NCBI GenBank assembly: GCA_037441475.1
Contig: JBBISB010000001.1
Span: 306,418 to 338,417, forward strand
Source: Candidatus Iainarchaeum sp.
GTDB taxonomy: Archaea > Iainarchaeota > Iainarchaeia > Iainarchaeales > CSSED10-239
Reading direction: 5' to 3'
DNA: 32,000 nucleotides
Positions 16,967-25,927 of this stretch are shown one piece after another (position 1 is the stretch's first letter; the number at the start of each line of letters is the position of its first letter). A model generated the notes under the pieces. It did no database searches and had not been told where the DNA came from. It was given only the letters and a program-made list of their open reading frames with translations. The position numbers and the translations under genes were made by a program.

Positions 16967-17815
16967 CTATTTTAAATACTTTAATGTATTTATGAAAATT
17001 GTTTCTGAAAGTCCTGGATCGTAATTAAAGTAGATTACTTTTCCAAGAAGCATTGGCTTTTCAACAATTGCAGGATAGTATGTACCTGTTCTTGCATCAA
17101 CCAAATAAGCAATTTCATTTCCTTCAACAGTAATTGGGAATGTCTCTGTATATATTAAACCAGCAGACTCTAAAGCAGGTACTCTTTCAATACCGTACAT
17201 TATCTTATAAGCTCCTTGCTTACTATTGTATCTGTTTGCGTGTATTACACCATTAACTCTTAACTGTTGCTTACAACTTGGTATATTGTAAAGAGTAGGG
17301 TTACATGCTACAGGAATGATATCACCAAAAGTTGGTTTCCAACCAATAACTGATGCATCTCCTGGTCTTTCAATACCAGAGTTTAAAACAATTATTAAAC
17401 TACCACCAGACTTAACAAAAGAAGTGATTGCCTCACCAGCTGTCCTTGTAATTGATTTGTCAGCAGATAAAGTTTGATCTAAAATAATAATATCATACCC
17501 CTTTATCCTCTCTGTAGGATTATACAAAAGAGCATCCATTGTTATATGTCTTTTTTCTTTAATAATGTCTTTGTTTTCAGCATTATTTAAAACCATTTGT
17601 AAATTAGGACTTGGAGAACCTATTACTAAAACAGCTGCACCTTTTCCTCCAAATAAATCTGAAGAACCAGAAAAGATATTTGTCTTAAAAGCAATAAGTA
17701 AAACAACTATAATAATTATTACAATTGGGATAATTCCTTCAAGTCTTAACTTAGAAGTACCTGATCTTTTTGAAGAACTTGACATTTCTTCGTTTAAATC
17801 GAATTCATCTGCCAT
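16967..17815 (-). CDS. Single-pass membrane protein with possible GATase-like/ThuA-like extracytoplasmic domain
   Basis: One TM helix GIIPIVIIIIVVLLIAF; YDIIILDQTLSADKS...AITSFVKSGGSLIIVLNSG resembles a class I GATase-like fold. Confidence 0.5.
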   Translation of the reverse strand: MADEFDLNEEMSSSSKRSGTSKLRLEGIIPIVIIIIVVLLIAFKTNIFSGSSDLFGGKGAAVLVIGSPSPNLQMVLNNAENKDIIKEKRHITMDALLYNPTERIKGYDIIILDQTLSADKSITRTAGEAITSFVKSGGSLIIVLNSGIERPGDASVIGWKPTFGDIIPVACNPTLYNIPSCKQQLRVNGVIHANRYNSKQGAYKIMYGIERVPALESAGLIYTETFPITVEGNEIAYLVDARTGTYYPAIVEKPMLLGKVIYFNYDPGLSETIFINTLKYLK

Positions 17816-17999
17816 TTTATTTTCACCTTTTAATATATTATAAAGTATATTTAACTTGTAAATATATATGTTTATAAACCTTATTTAAATATATCGTTAT
17901 TCCTACCAGTTAAAAAATTAACCTTAAAAACCTAAAATTTATAAACTAGTTGATACAATATATCAATAGTAGTTTTAATATTTAAGGGGGTTTTAAAAT

Positions 18000-18167
18000 A
18001 TGGGTTACTCACAAACTAATAAAAAAAATGGAAAAACATATTATCTTCACAAAAAAGGACATTTATTTTTCTTTTCTGCAGAGGCAAAGGATTCAATAGA
18101 TTTACCTTCACAGTATAAGGTTATTGAAAACCAAAGAACTGGTCTTCCAATGCTTAAAAAGAAATAG
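18000..18167 (+). CDS. Small conserved archaeal protein (55 aa)
   Basis: Not in the supplied ORF list. Translation MGYSQTNKKNGKTYYLHKKGHLFFFSAEAKDSIDLPSQYKVIENQRTGLPMLKKK matches a family remembered from other archaea (YYLH...DLP.GY.V.EN.RTGLP.LKKK). Confidence 0.8.
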   Translation: MGYSQTNKKNGKTYYLHKKGHLFFFSAEAKDSIDLPSQYKVIENQRTGLPMLKKK

Positions 18168-18191
18168 TTTTCTTTTTAAAAAAAATAAAAA

Positions 18192-19451
18192 TTAAATATC
18201 AATAGACTTGATTTCAAGAAGTCTATTGTATTTACTTGTTCTCTCTCCTCTTGCAGGAGCTCCAAACTTAATATAGTCAGAGTTAATACCATAAGCTAAG
18301 TCTGAAATATAGTTATCCTCTGTCTCTCCTGACCTATGAGAAACAACAACCTTCCTGTTTGCTTTTCTAGCTATCTTAAAGGCCTCAAGACTTTCTGTTA
18401 AGGTGCCTATCTGGTTTACCTTTAATAAAAGAGAGTTACAATAGTTTTTCTTAATAGCATCTTTTATAAGCGCAGGGTTTGTAACTAAAAGATCATCTCC
18501 AACAACATTTATCTTATTGTTTATCTTTTTATTAAAATCTTTCCAAGCAAGCTTATCTTCTTCAGAGAAAGGATCTTCAATTGAGATTATATTATAATCC
18601 TTTATTAACTTAAGGTAATAATCAGAAAGCTCACTTGAAGAGTAATTTTTATTGTTTAAAAAATATTTTTTTGTTTTTTCATTATAGAAGGAATTTGCAG
18701 CACAATCAAGGGCTAAAGAGACCTCTTTTCTTGTATACCCTGCCTGCTTAATTGCCTTTTCAATTAAGATTAATGGGTTTTCTTCATTAACATCATTGAA
18801 ATTTGGAACAAACCCACCCTCATACCCAACATTTGTAGAAGAGGAGCCATACTCTTTTGAGATTATTTGTTTAAGAGAGTGATAAATCTCACTCATTGCC
18901 TTTACTGAATCTTCAAAATCATTAAACTTTGGAACTATTAAGTACTCTTGGAAGGCTATGTTAGAACCAGAGTGAAGCCCTCCGTTTATAATGTTTGAAA
19001 GTGGAGTTGGAAAGGAATATTTTTCATTTTTAATAAGTCTTGAGATGTATTTGTAAAGAGGCATGGAAAGCTCTTTTGAAGCTGCTCTTGAGACTGCAAG
19101 GCTTACTGAAAGAATAGCATTTGCTCCTAGTTTAGATTTGTTTAAAGTACCATCTATTTCAATTAATGTTTTATCTATATCTTCTTGATCTAAAACAAAC
19201 TTTCCTTTTAATTTTTTTGAAATAATGTTGTTTACATTATTAATGGCTTTTGAAACATCTTGCTTGAAATAATCCTTTGAAGATTTATCTCTTAGCTCAT
19301 AGGCTTCATAAAGACCAGCTGAAGTTCCTGAAGGAACAGAGGCTTCTCCAACTTCATTTTCTGTTCTTACAAATGTTTTGATTGTAGGAATTCCTCTAGA
19401 GTCAAGCACTCTAATTGCTTTGATTTCTTTTATTTCCATATTAAATATCAC
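18192..19451 (-). CDS. eno: Enolase
   Basis: IKAIRVLDSRGIPTIKTFV, VPSGTSAGLYEAYELRD, ALDCAANSFY, SIEDPFSEED, KVVVSHRSGETEDNYISDLAYG, IKFGAPARGERTSKYNRLLEI. Confidence 0.98.
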   Translation of the reverse strand: MIFNMEIKEIKAIRVLDSRGIPTIKTFVRTENEVGEASVPSGTSAGLYEAYELRDKSSKDYFKQDVSKAINNVNNIISKKLKGKFVLDQEDIDKTLIEIDGTLNKSKLGANAILSVSLAVSRAASKELSMPLYKYISRLIKNEKYSFPTPLSNIINGGLHSGSNIAFQEYLIVPKFNDFEDSVKAMSEIYHSLKQIISKEYGSSSTNVGYEGGFVPNFNDVNEENPLILIEKAIKQAGYTRKEVSLALDCAANSFYNEKTKKYFLNNKNYSSSELSDYYLKLIKDYNIISIEDPFSEEDKLAWKDFNKKINNKINVVGDDLLVTNPALIKDAIKKNYCNSLLLKVNQIGTLTESLEAFKIARKANRKVVVSHRSGETEDNYISDLAYGINSDYIKFGAPARGERTSKYNRLLEIKSIDI

Positions 19452-20104
19452 TTTTCTTTCTTTTTATAAAGCTTTTCATAATCTATATTAAGGTTGATTT
19501 TACCAATTGACTTGTTCATTAAATAGTTTTTTGCAAAGGACTTAAGTTTAGTGTAATCAAAGGTTTGTTTAGTTTCAAAAGAGTTTTTTAATTCCTTAAA
19601 ATCTAAAGAAACTGAATTTATGGTTTTAAGGTTACTGTCAAAAGATTCTTTGTTAAAGGTTATTTTTGGTTTTATAAGTAAAACATTTGCTTTACTGTAT
19701 TCTACAACATAGTAAGCATCAAGCCACACATCCTCACCAATAACAAGAGTTTTTTCAGTATTTAGTTTTGGTTTTATATTGTTTAAAAAATAGATTTTAA
19801 AATATTCATCAACATACTCTTTTGAAAGAAGGTATTTTTCTCTCCTTATCTCTTGATCAATCTCTGAAAGGGATTTTAAGTAATTTTCAGAGACATGGAA
19901 GATATTTTTAGAGGAGAAAAAAGAAGTTAGTTTGTTTTTTATAACTAAGTTTTTTCCAACCTCTTTGTTTAAACCAGTAACTAGATAAAGAGAGATTTTT
20001 TTTTCTTTTGCAAAAGAAGAAAGTTCTTGAAAGAAAGATACACTATTAAGATCTTGATTTTTAAGAGAACTTGTAAGGGTTAAAATTATATTTTTTATTT
20101 GCAT
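19448..20104 (-). CDS. HAD-like-fold protein, possibly degenerate at the catalytic Asp; function unknown
   Basis: C-terminal TLVIGEDVWLDAYYVVEYSKANVLLIKP looks like HAD motif IV; N-terminal IILTLTSSL has no DxD. Confidence 0.35.
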   Translation of the reverse strand: MQIKNIILTLTSSLKNQDLNSVSFFQELSSFAKEKKISLYLVTGLNKEVGKNLVIKNKLTSFFSSKNIFHVSENYLKSLSEIDQEIRREKYLLSKEYVDEYFKIYFLNNIKPKLNTEKTLVIGEDVWLDAYYVVEYSKANVLLIKPKITFNKESFDSNLKTINSVSLDFKELKNSFETKQTFDYTKLKSFAKNYLMNKSIGKINLNIDYEKLYKKKEK

Positions 20105-20247
20105 ATATTATCCATATAATAATACATTAGATAAATATTAAAAATAATGTTTTTTAAGGAAAAAACAAACAGAATTCATTTAAAAACCTTATTAGTGATA
20201 TGTAGATTTATAGGTTGTTTTTAAAAAATTGGAGAAAAGATTAGAAT

Positions 20248-20403
20248 ATGGGAAAATCTCTTGCAAGCGGAATAATAATGGGAATTGGTATTGGAATGTA
20301 TATACCTGATCTACCAGGAATATTAGCTAGGTTAAATGTATATCTAGGTTTAATATTAATAATAATAGGAATAATACTCTTAATTAATGCAGGAAAGGAC
20401 TAA
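20248..20403 (+). CDS. Small hydrophobic membrane protein (51 aa)
   Basis: Not in the supplied ORF list. Translation MGKSLASGIIMGIGIGMYIPDLPGILARLNVYLGLILIIIGIILLINAGKD; upstream GGAGAA. Confidence 0.55.
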   Translation: MGKSLASGIIMGIGIGMYIPDLPGILARLNVYLGLILIIIGIILLINAGKD

Positions 20404-21353
20404 ACCTCTTTAGTCTTAATTTCTTGCTCAATATTTTTAAGAATTCCATCAATTTCATTTATAGATGGTTTAGGTTTTACAACTTCTTTCTTTTTACCTA
20501 TACCAAATAATCTTTTAAAGAAACCTGGTCTTTCTTCTTTAATAATAACAGGTTCTGTTTTAAAAGTATAATCAACATCATCAATCTTATCAAAGTTAAG
20601 CTCTTTTCTTTTAAAGTCATCTTTAAAGAAGCTATTTGTTTCTTTCTTTTCAAAGCTTATTGATTCAGAGGTGTTAATGTTTTTAAAGTTAGCAGCCCCC
20701 TTACCTTTAATCAAGTCATTTAAAAACAAAGAAAGGTCTTGTCTGTTTGAAGAAGATTGTTTTGAAAAAACCACATTTTGATTTATCAATTGTTTTAAAA
20801 CTTCTCTTATAAGGCCTTCTTCAAAACCTTCGTAAAGTAAAACACTATAAATATCTTCCTTTGAATAAAAGGCAGCCTTTGGTTTTAATACTTCACATAG
20901 TTTATTAATTTGTTTTAAACGCATTTCTTCTGTAGTTAACTTTCTTGTCGAAGAAACAACTGATTTAGATTTATCTTGATTATCTTGAAGAGTATAACTT
21001 TGTAATTTTGTTTTATAATTAGGATCAGAAGATAATATTTTAACAACACGATAATACTCTTGAGCATTTATAAACTGTTGAGAGACATATTCTTCAAAAA
21101 TAATTTTCTTTTGAGAGTAAAGAGCATCAACTCTTTTCATTTCATCTCTGAAATATAAATATTTTCTATAAAGTTTAGCAGGAGATGGTTTAAATAAAGG
21201 TAAGATAAGTACAATAAATACTAACAAAAGTATTAAAGCAAAAATAACAATTATAAAAATAAAAACAAAATCTAAAGAGATTGCATTCATAAAACTATCT
21301 TTAATGTTTTCATTATAAATTACAACTAAATCATTAAATATATTTAATATCAT
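20400..21353 (-). CDS. Membrane-anchored protein with coiled-coil/winged-helix-like region and C-terminal GFFKRLFG motif
   Basis: TM FIFIIVIFALILLLVFIVLIL; RPGFFKRLFGIGKKK near C-terminus. Confidence 0.65.
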   Translation of the reverse strand: MILNIFNDLVVIYNENIKDSFMNAISLDFVFIFIIVIFALILLLVFIVLILPLFKPSPAKLYRKYLYFRDEMKRVDALYSQKKIIFEEYVSQQFINAQEYYRVVKILSSDPNYKTKLQSYTLQDNQDKSKSVVSSTRKLTTEEMRLKQINKLCEVLKPKAAFYSKEDIYSVLLYEGFEEGLIREVLKQLINQNVVFSKQSSSNRQDLSLFLNDLIKGKGAANFKNINTSESISFEKKETNSFFKDDFKRKELNFDKIDDVDYTFKTEPVIIKEERPGFFKRLFGIGKKKEVVKPKPSINEIDGILKNIEQEIKTKEV

Positions 21354-21383
21354 GCAACACCCCTTTTATTTTTTAAACATTAT

Positions 21384-21614
21384 TTAAACTGTTATCCAAA
21401 CTATGTTGTCCCCTCTTAATAATGTTTCTACATATTTTGTCTTAGTCTTGCCATCTTTAATTTCCTCGGCATCTTCCATAACAATATTCATATGCACATC
21501 AAAAGCTTTTAATTTACCTCTGATTTGAACATTTTCTTTTAATTGAACAAGCACTTGTTTGTTTATAGCATTATTTAACATATCAAATGGTCTTGTAATT
21601 TTTGATTCACTCAT
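21384..21614 (-). CDS. Archaeal Sm/LSm-like protein
   Basis: RPFDMLNNAINKQVLVQLKENVQIRGKLKAFDVHMNIVMEDAEEI...LLRGDNIVWI: Sm1 and Sm2 motifs. Confidence 0.96.
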   Translation of the reverse strand: MSESKITRPFDMLNNAINKQVLVQLKENVQIRGKLKAFDVHMNIVMEDAEEIKDGKTKTKYVETLLRGDNIVWITV

Positions 21615-21628
21615 TTTTAATCACCTTA

Positions 21629-22414
21629 TTATTTATTTTTTGAAAATAATCTTTTTAAGAAAGCAAAAAAACCGCCTTTCTTTTCGTCTTTAATTTCAAC
21701 TTCTCTTCCAGACATTCTAACTGCTATATACCTAAAGGCATTTGCAGAAGAGCTATTAGGGTTGTGAACTAGAATTGGTTTTATCTTTTTAAGTAAAAAA
21801 GATTCTCTAATATCCGCACTATAAGGTATTTTTCCATAGCTTGGAACTTCAAGCATTTTCATAATTTCTTTTTCAGAGATTTCTCCCTTAACATCACTTA
21901 CTTTGTTTACAACAACACCCATTACTTTTTGATTTAATCTTTCACAAACTATTTTAACTTTAAAAACATCTGCAACAGATGGAGAGGTTGGTTCTGTTAT
22001 TAACAAAACTTGTGTTGATGCTGAGATTGCAGAAATAACGTTTTTATCAATTCCAGCAGGAGCATCAATCAATATATAATCATACTCTGAGATTAAACTT
22101 TTTGCAACAGATACTAATCTTTCAGCATCTACTCTTTGATAGTTAGAGATTGAAAGACCAGAAGGTATAATTTTTATTTTGTTAGGACCATCATAAACAG
22201 CATCTTGTGCTGAGGAAGAACCTAAAAGGATATCATGTAAGGTTATAGGGGGATTTTCAAGACCTATTAAAAGACTTAAGTTTGACATTGCAATATCTGC
22301 ATCTATTAACAAAACCTTAAAACCAAGATCGCTTAAAGCAATACCTAGATTTGCAGTTAATGTTGTTTTTCCAACACCGCCTTTACCTGATGCAATTGTT
22401 ATTATTTCGCCCAT
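21629..22414 (-). CDS. minD: MinD-family ATPase with C-terminal membrane-targeting-like helix
   Basis: TIASGKGGVGKTTLTANLG deviant Walker A; VLLIDADIAMSNLSLLIGL; IDAPAGIDKNV; C-term KKGGFFAFLKRLFSKNK. Confidence 0.93.
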   Translation of the reverse strand: MGEIITIASGKGGVGKTTLTANLGIALSDLGFKVLLIDADIAMSNLSLLIGLENPPITLHDILLGSSSAQDAVYDGPNKIKIIPSGLSISNYQRVDAERLVSVAKSLISEYDYILIDAPAGIDKNVISAISASTQVLLITEPTSPSVADVFKVKIVCERLNQKVMGVVVNKVSDVKGEISEKEIMKMLEVPSYGKIPYSADIRESFLLKKIKPILVHNPNSSSANAFRYIAVRMSGREVEIKDEKKGGFFAFLKRLFSKNK

Positions 22415-22421
22415 ATTAATT

Positions 22422-22862
22422 TCACTTTATAACTTTTAAATAATTTTCTAAATCTTTAACAATAGCCATTACTTCTATCCTACTAAGACTATCGTTTGCT
22501 TTAATAAAATATACCTTCTCTGTATATTTAAAGATTATGTTCCATCCTTTTGATTCAATCAAGATAATGGAAAGATCTTTTATTTCTGTATTGATATAAT
22601 TATACATTGCAGCACTTTTAAAACCTTCTCTTAAGTCCTTTTCTGTACTTCCAATAACTATACCTTCAAGGTCAGTTACAATTATGTGATTTACTAAATG
22701 TTTATTTTTTAGTTTTAATAAAAAATCATCTAGGTTTTTAGAACATAGATTAACTGGCCTGTACTCAAGTAATGATTCAAGTTCTTTTGGAGTCTTTAGG
22801 TCATCAATATTTAAAACCTTATTTGAAATTTTAGTAAGTAAATTTGAAAGTATTCCGCTCAT
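22422..22862 (-). CDS. Probable roadblock/LC7-like domain protein
   Basis: HIIVTDLEGIVIGSTEKD...AAMYNYINTEIKDLSIILIESKGWNIIFKYTEKVYFIKANDSLSRIEVM pattern; immediately upstream of minD. Confidence 0.45.
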   Translation of the reverse strand: MSGILSNLLTKISNKVLNIDDLKTPKELESLLEYRPVNLCSKNLDDFLLKLKNKHLVNHIIVTDLEGIVIGSTEKDLREGFKSAAMYNYINTEIKDLSIILIESKGWNIIFKYTEKVYFIKANDSLSRIEVMAIVKDLENYLKVIK

Positions 22863-22864
22863 GT

Positions 22865-23359
22865 TTATAACCTTAATAATTCTGTAATGTTGAACTTATC
22901 AAATAATTGTGATCTTGGATAAACTTCAACTATTTTGTCTTTTAAAATATTTTTAAATAATTCCTCTTTATAAGTAAAATTTATTTTTGAAAGTGATTTA
23001 GCATCTAAATTAAAAGAATGTTTTATCTTATCATTAAATATTAAAACTAACTTTAGTTGTTCTTCTGATAATTGATAGATGTTAAGTAAACCGTCACTGT
23101 AACTTAAGGAATTGAAACTTAAGTCTAAGGCGTTTTTACCAAACAACTCAGCATTGTAGGTGTTATTAATATAGATTGAACCAGCTACATTTCCTTTTAG
23201 AAAAAAAATGATACACTCTTCAAAGTTATGTGCTGAATGAATAGTAAGATATGTAAAACCAGTAAACTGCTTAGTGTTTAAATCCTGAAGCAATTTATTT
23301 GGTTCTATTAAATCTAAATAAACATTTTCCACTACTGGTTTTGAAATTGGTAAATTCAT
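22865..23359 (-). CDS. DUF2226-like protein
   Basis: FTGFTYLTIHS..., FFLKGNVAGSIY, GKNALDLSFNSLSYSDGLLNIYQLSEEQLKLVLIFN. Confidence 0.5.
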   Translation of the reverse strand: MNLPISKPVVENVYLDLIEPNKLLQDLNTKQFTGFTYLTIHSAHNFEECIIFFLKGNVAGSIYINNTYNAELFGKNALDLSFNSLSYSDGLLNIYQLSEEQLKLVLIFNDKIKHSFNLDAKSLSKINFTYKEELFKNILKDKIVEVYPRSQLFDKFNITELLRL

Positions 23360-23362
23360 AAT

Positions 23363-23842
23363 CTATTCATTTTTTAGTTTATCTAAAAATACAACCTTAT
23401 CAACTGTATTCTTTAAAGCTGTAGCAGATCCTTCCTCAACTAAGAAAACCATTGTGTTCTTTCCATGTTTCTTTGCTTTTAGGATTGCTGGAAGATAATC
23501 TGAATCTCTTGTAACAAAGGCAATGGTGTCAATCTCTTTATTGTGAACAATATCTGTTGCATCAACTGCCATTGCAACATCTACATCTGCAACAGTAATG
23601 ATTGTTTCAAAACCTAAGTTAACTACTGCTTCCATTAACTTATCAGTTGCATACTGATTTAGATAAACTCTTGCAACTTTTATTACTCCATCTTTTTGCA
23701 AATATCTTCTGATCTTTGATAAATCAACATTAAATTCTTTTCTTAATATATTTGGACCATCAATAAATATTGCAATATTGTTTCTTCTTGAAACTTTAGG
23801 AGATTTATTTTTATCTACAAATAAACGTAATAATTTAAACAT
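23363..23842 (-). CDS. NYN/LabA-like PIN-fold nuclease
   Basis: IAIFIDGPNILRKEFNVDLSKIRRYL; GFETIITVADVDVAMAVDATDIVHNKEIDTIAFVTRDSDYLPAILKAKKHGK. Confidence 0.9.
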   Translation of the reverse strand: MFKLLRLFVDKNKSPKVSRRNNIAIFIDGPNILRKEFNVDLSKIRRYLQKDGVIKVARVYLNQYATDKLMEAVVNLGFETIITVADVDVAMAVDATDIVHNKEIDTIAFVTRDSDYLPAILKAKKHGKNTMVFLVEEGSATALKNTVDKVVFLDKLKNE

Positions 23843-24007
23843 ACACTAACCAACATCCTTTTTTTTTACAAGCCTTATATAACCCTTACTTTCTAAAGTT
23901 TGTTTCTATGGCGAAACTATAAATATAATATATTATTTATCTATAAAATGATTTATAAACCTATCTTAAAACTAAGATATATAGAATATATTTTAAGGTA
24001 CATTTAC

Positions 24008-25075
24008 ATGAAGTTAAAGAAGCAAGTGTTTTCAAAACCATTTAATATTGTTTATGAAACTAAATATCCAAACCTGGTTATTGGTCCTGGAACTTATGAA
24101 AATAAAGAAGATGCTATTGATAACAGTCCTCAAAAATGGATAAAGAATGATGTTTTAAAGATAGAAAAAAACAGAAGTAAACAATTGTTTGCATATAAAA
24201 ACTATTCTAAGATGGATGCAAGAGTACCTTCTAAAGATATTGAAGAGATACAACATTTAATAAAAGCAGATAAAGAAACTGAAATTGAAATAAATGTAGA
24301 TTCTAAAAAAATTAACCTTACAGAAAAAATATCTGGTATAAATAATAAGGGAATGGTTTTAGAAAATATAAAAATAGTGGATAATATTAAGATTCCAAAA
24401 CCAATAGATAAACTTACAAGCGATACTCAACTTAAGGCAAAAGATGCAATTATTGAGTATTATAATAAAACAGAAGATGTTTATAAGATAGAACAACTTC
24501 TTTCAATGGGGCTTTTAGGTCTTAAAAAAGACCGTATATTTGTGCCCACAAGATGGTCAATCACATCTATTGATGATGTTTTAGGAAAAGAGATTTTTTT
24601 AAAGATTAAAAATAATAAAACCATAGATAGGATTAAGATGCATAAATATGATTTTTATGAAAATACTTTTTATGTTATTTTCTTGCCTCTTGCATGGGGT
24701 TTTGAAATGATAGAGATTGTAAATAAAGAAGTGGTTTCTTATGATTTTGAGATTAACGAACCTAAAAAAGACTATGCCTATCAAGTAACAGGAGCATACT
24801 ATGCGGCAAGACTAATGGCTTTAAATCACTTGCAAGAAATAGGGGTTTGTGCAAGAGTAATTGTTTTAAGAGATATTAATCAAAGCTATACTTCCAAAGG
24901 AGTGTGGGTTATAAGAGAGGCTGTAAGAGAAGCTATAAAGAAAGAAGAAATTGTTTTTGAAGATGTAAATAAATTAATCCCATATATTTCTGATACCCTA
25001 TGCTTTAGATGGATAATGCAGAAGTCAGAGATATTAAAGCAGATTAAATATCAAAAAAGAATATTTGATTTTTAG
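24008..25075 (+). CDS. nreA: Archaeal DNA repair protein Nre (NreA-like)
   Basis: NLVIGPGTYENKEDAIDNSPQKW, DRIFVPTRWSITSIDDVLGKEI, NTFYVIFLPLAWGFEM, DYAYQVTGAYYAARLMALNHLQE, GVWVIREAVREA. Start trimmed from 23900 to the ATG at 24008 (MKLKKQVFSKPFNIVYETKYPNL). Confidence 0.88.
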   Translation: MKLKKQVFSKPFNIVYETKYPNLVIGPGTYENKEDAIDNSPQKWIKNDVLKIEKNRSKQLFAYKNYSKMDARVPSKDIEEIQHLIKADKETEIEINVDSKKINLTEKISGINNKGMVLENIKIVDNIKIPKPIDKLTSDTQLKAKDAIIEYYNKTEDVYKIEQLLSMGLLGLKKDRIFVPTRWSITSIDDVLGKEIFLKIKNNKTIDRIKMHKYDFYENTFYVIFLPLAWGFEMIEIVNKEVVSYDFEINEPKKDYAYQVTGAYYAARLMALNHLQEIGVCARVIVLRDINQSYTSKGVWVIREAVREAIKKEEIVFEDVNKLIPYISDTLCFRWIMQKSEILKQIKYQKRIFDF

Positions 25076-25917
25076 AATAAATAATTCCAAACATAACTTA
25101 TGGTTATAACCATCCAAGAAATTATAAAAAATAAAAATAAATAAAGTTTTTTAAAATTTGGGAAAAAATACAAAATAAAAATAATAAAAAAATTTACATA
25201 AAAAAGATATTTAAAAACAGAATTAATTTTTAAAAATAATAAAGGCAAATTAAATAAAATACAAATTAAGTAAACTATATTCTTATTACTTATTTTTGTT
25301 GCGGTAGTCTTGTGATTTGAAGATTTATCTGAAACAACATCTAATTGTGCAGCAATCAAATGATAAGAACTAATAGATAAAGCTATTAAATAAACTTCTA
25401 AAGGTAATGTGAATATATTATTATAAATAGAATAAATTAACAAAAAAGTGAATAAGGCAATAAAACCATTAGATAAAGAGTCTAATAAATAAACTTCTTT
25501 AAACCTTAAGGGTTTTGCAGAATAAAAATAAATTAGGAAAAATAAAATAATAATAATTAGCATTGTCTGAATATTGTAAAATAGAAAGGTAAATATAAAT
25601 AAGAATAAAAAGATTATAAAATTATACAAATAAATAGAAAAAGAATATTGTTTAATATTTGAGATGAATCTTCCATATAAAATATTTTTTTTTCTAACAT
25701 TAATTTTATCTGAATCATAGTCATAAAGATCATTTATAGAAAACATAAAAAAAGGAATTAAAAAGGTTAAAAATAAAATAAAAATGACGTCTATAAAATT
25801 AATTAAAACTAAAGAATTGGTTGAAAAAAATAAAGCACAAATAAGACAAAGAAAAATTAAAGGAAAAAGAATTGGTCTTGAAATAATTATAAACTGCTTT
25901 AAGGAAATCAATCTCAT
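25072..25917 (-). CDS. UbiA-family prenyltransferase
   Basis: FSINDLYDYDSDKIN (NDxxDxxxD) and YFYSAKPLRFKE motif, multi-TM. Confidence 0.88.
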   Translation of the reverse strand: MRLISLKQFIIISRPILFPLIFLCLICALFFSTNSLVLINFIDVIFILFLTFLIPFFMFSINDLYDYDSDKINVRKKNILYGRFISNIKQYSFSIYLYNFIIFLFLFIFTFLFYNIQTMLIIIILFFLIYFYSAKPLRFKEVYLLDSLSNGFIALFTFLLIYSIYNNIFTLPLEVYLIALSISSYHLIAAQLDVVSDKSSNHKTTATKISNKNIVYLICILFNLPLLFLKINSVFKYLFYVNFFIIFILYFFPNFKKLYLFLFFIISWMVITISYVWNYLF

Positions 25918-25927
25918 TTAGACCATC

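Noticed and set aside
17565-17843. Plus-strand ORF antisense to the 282-aa membrane protein
   Set aside because: Antisense shadow; the minus-strand gene is better supported.
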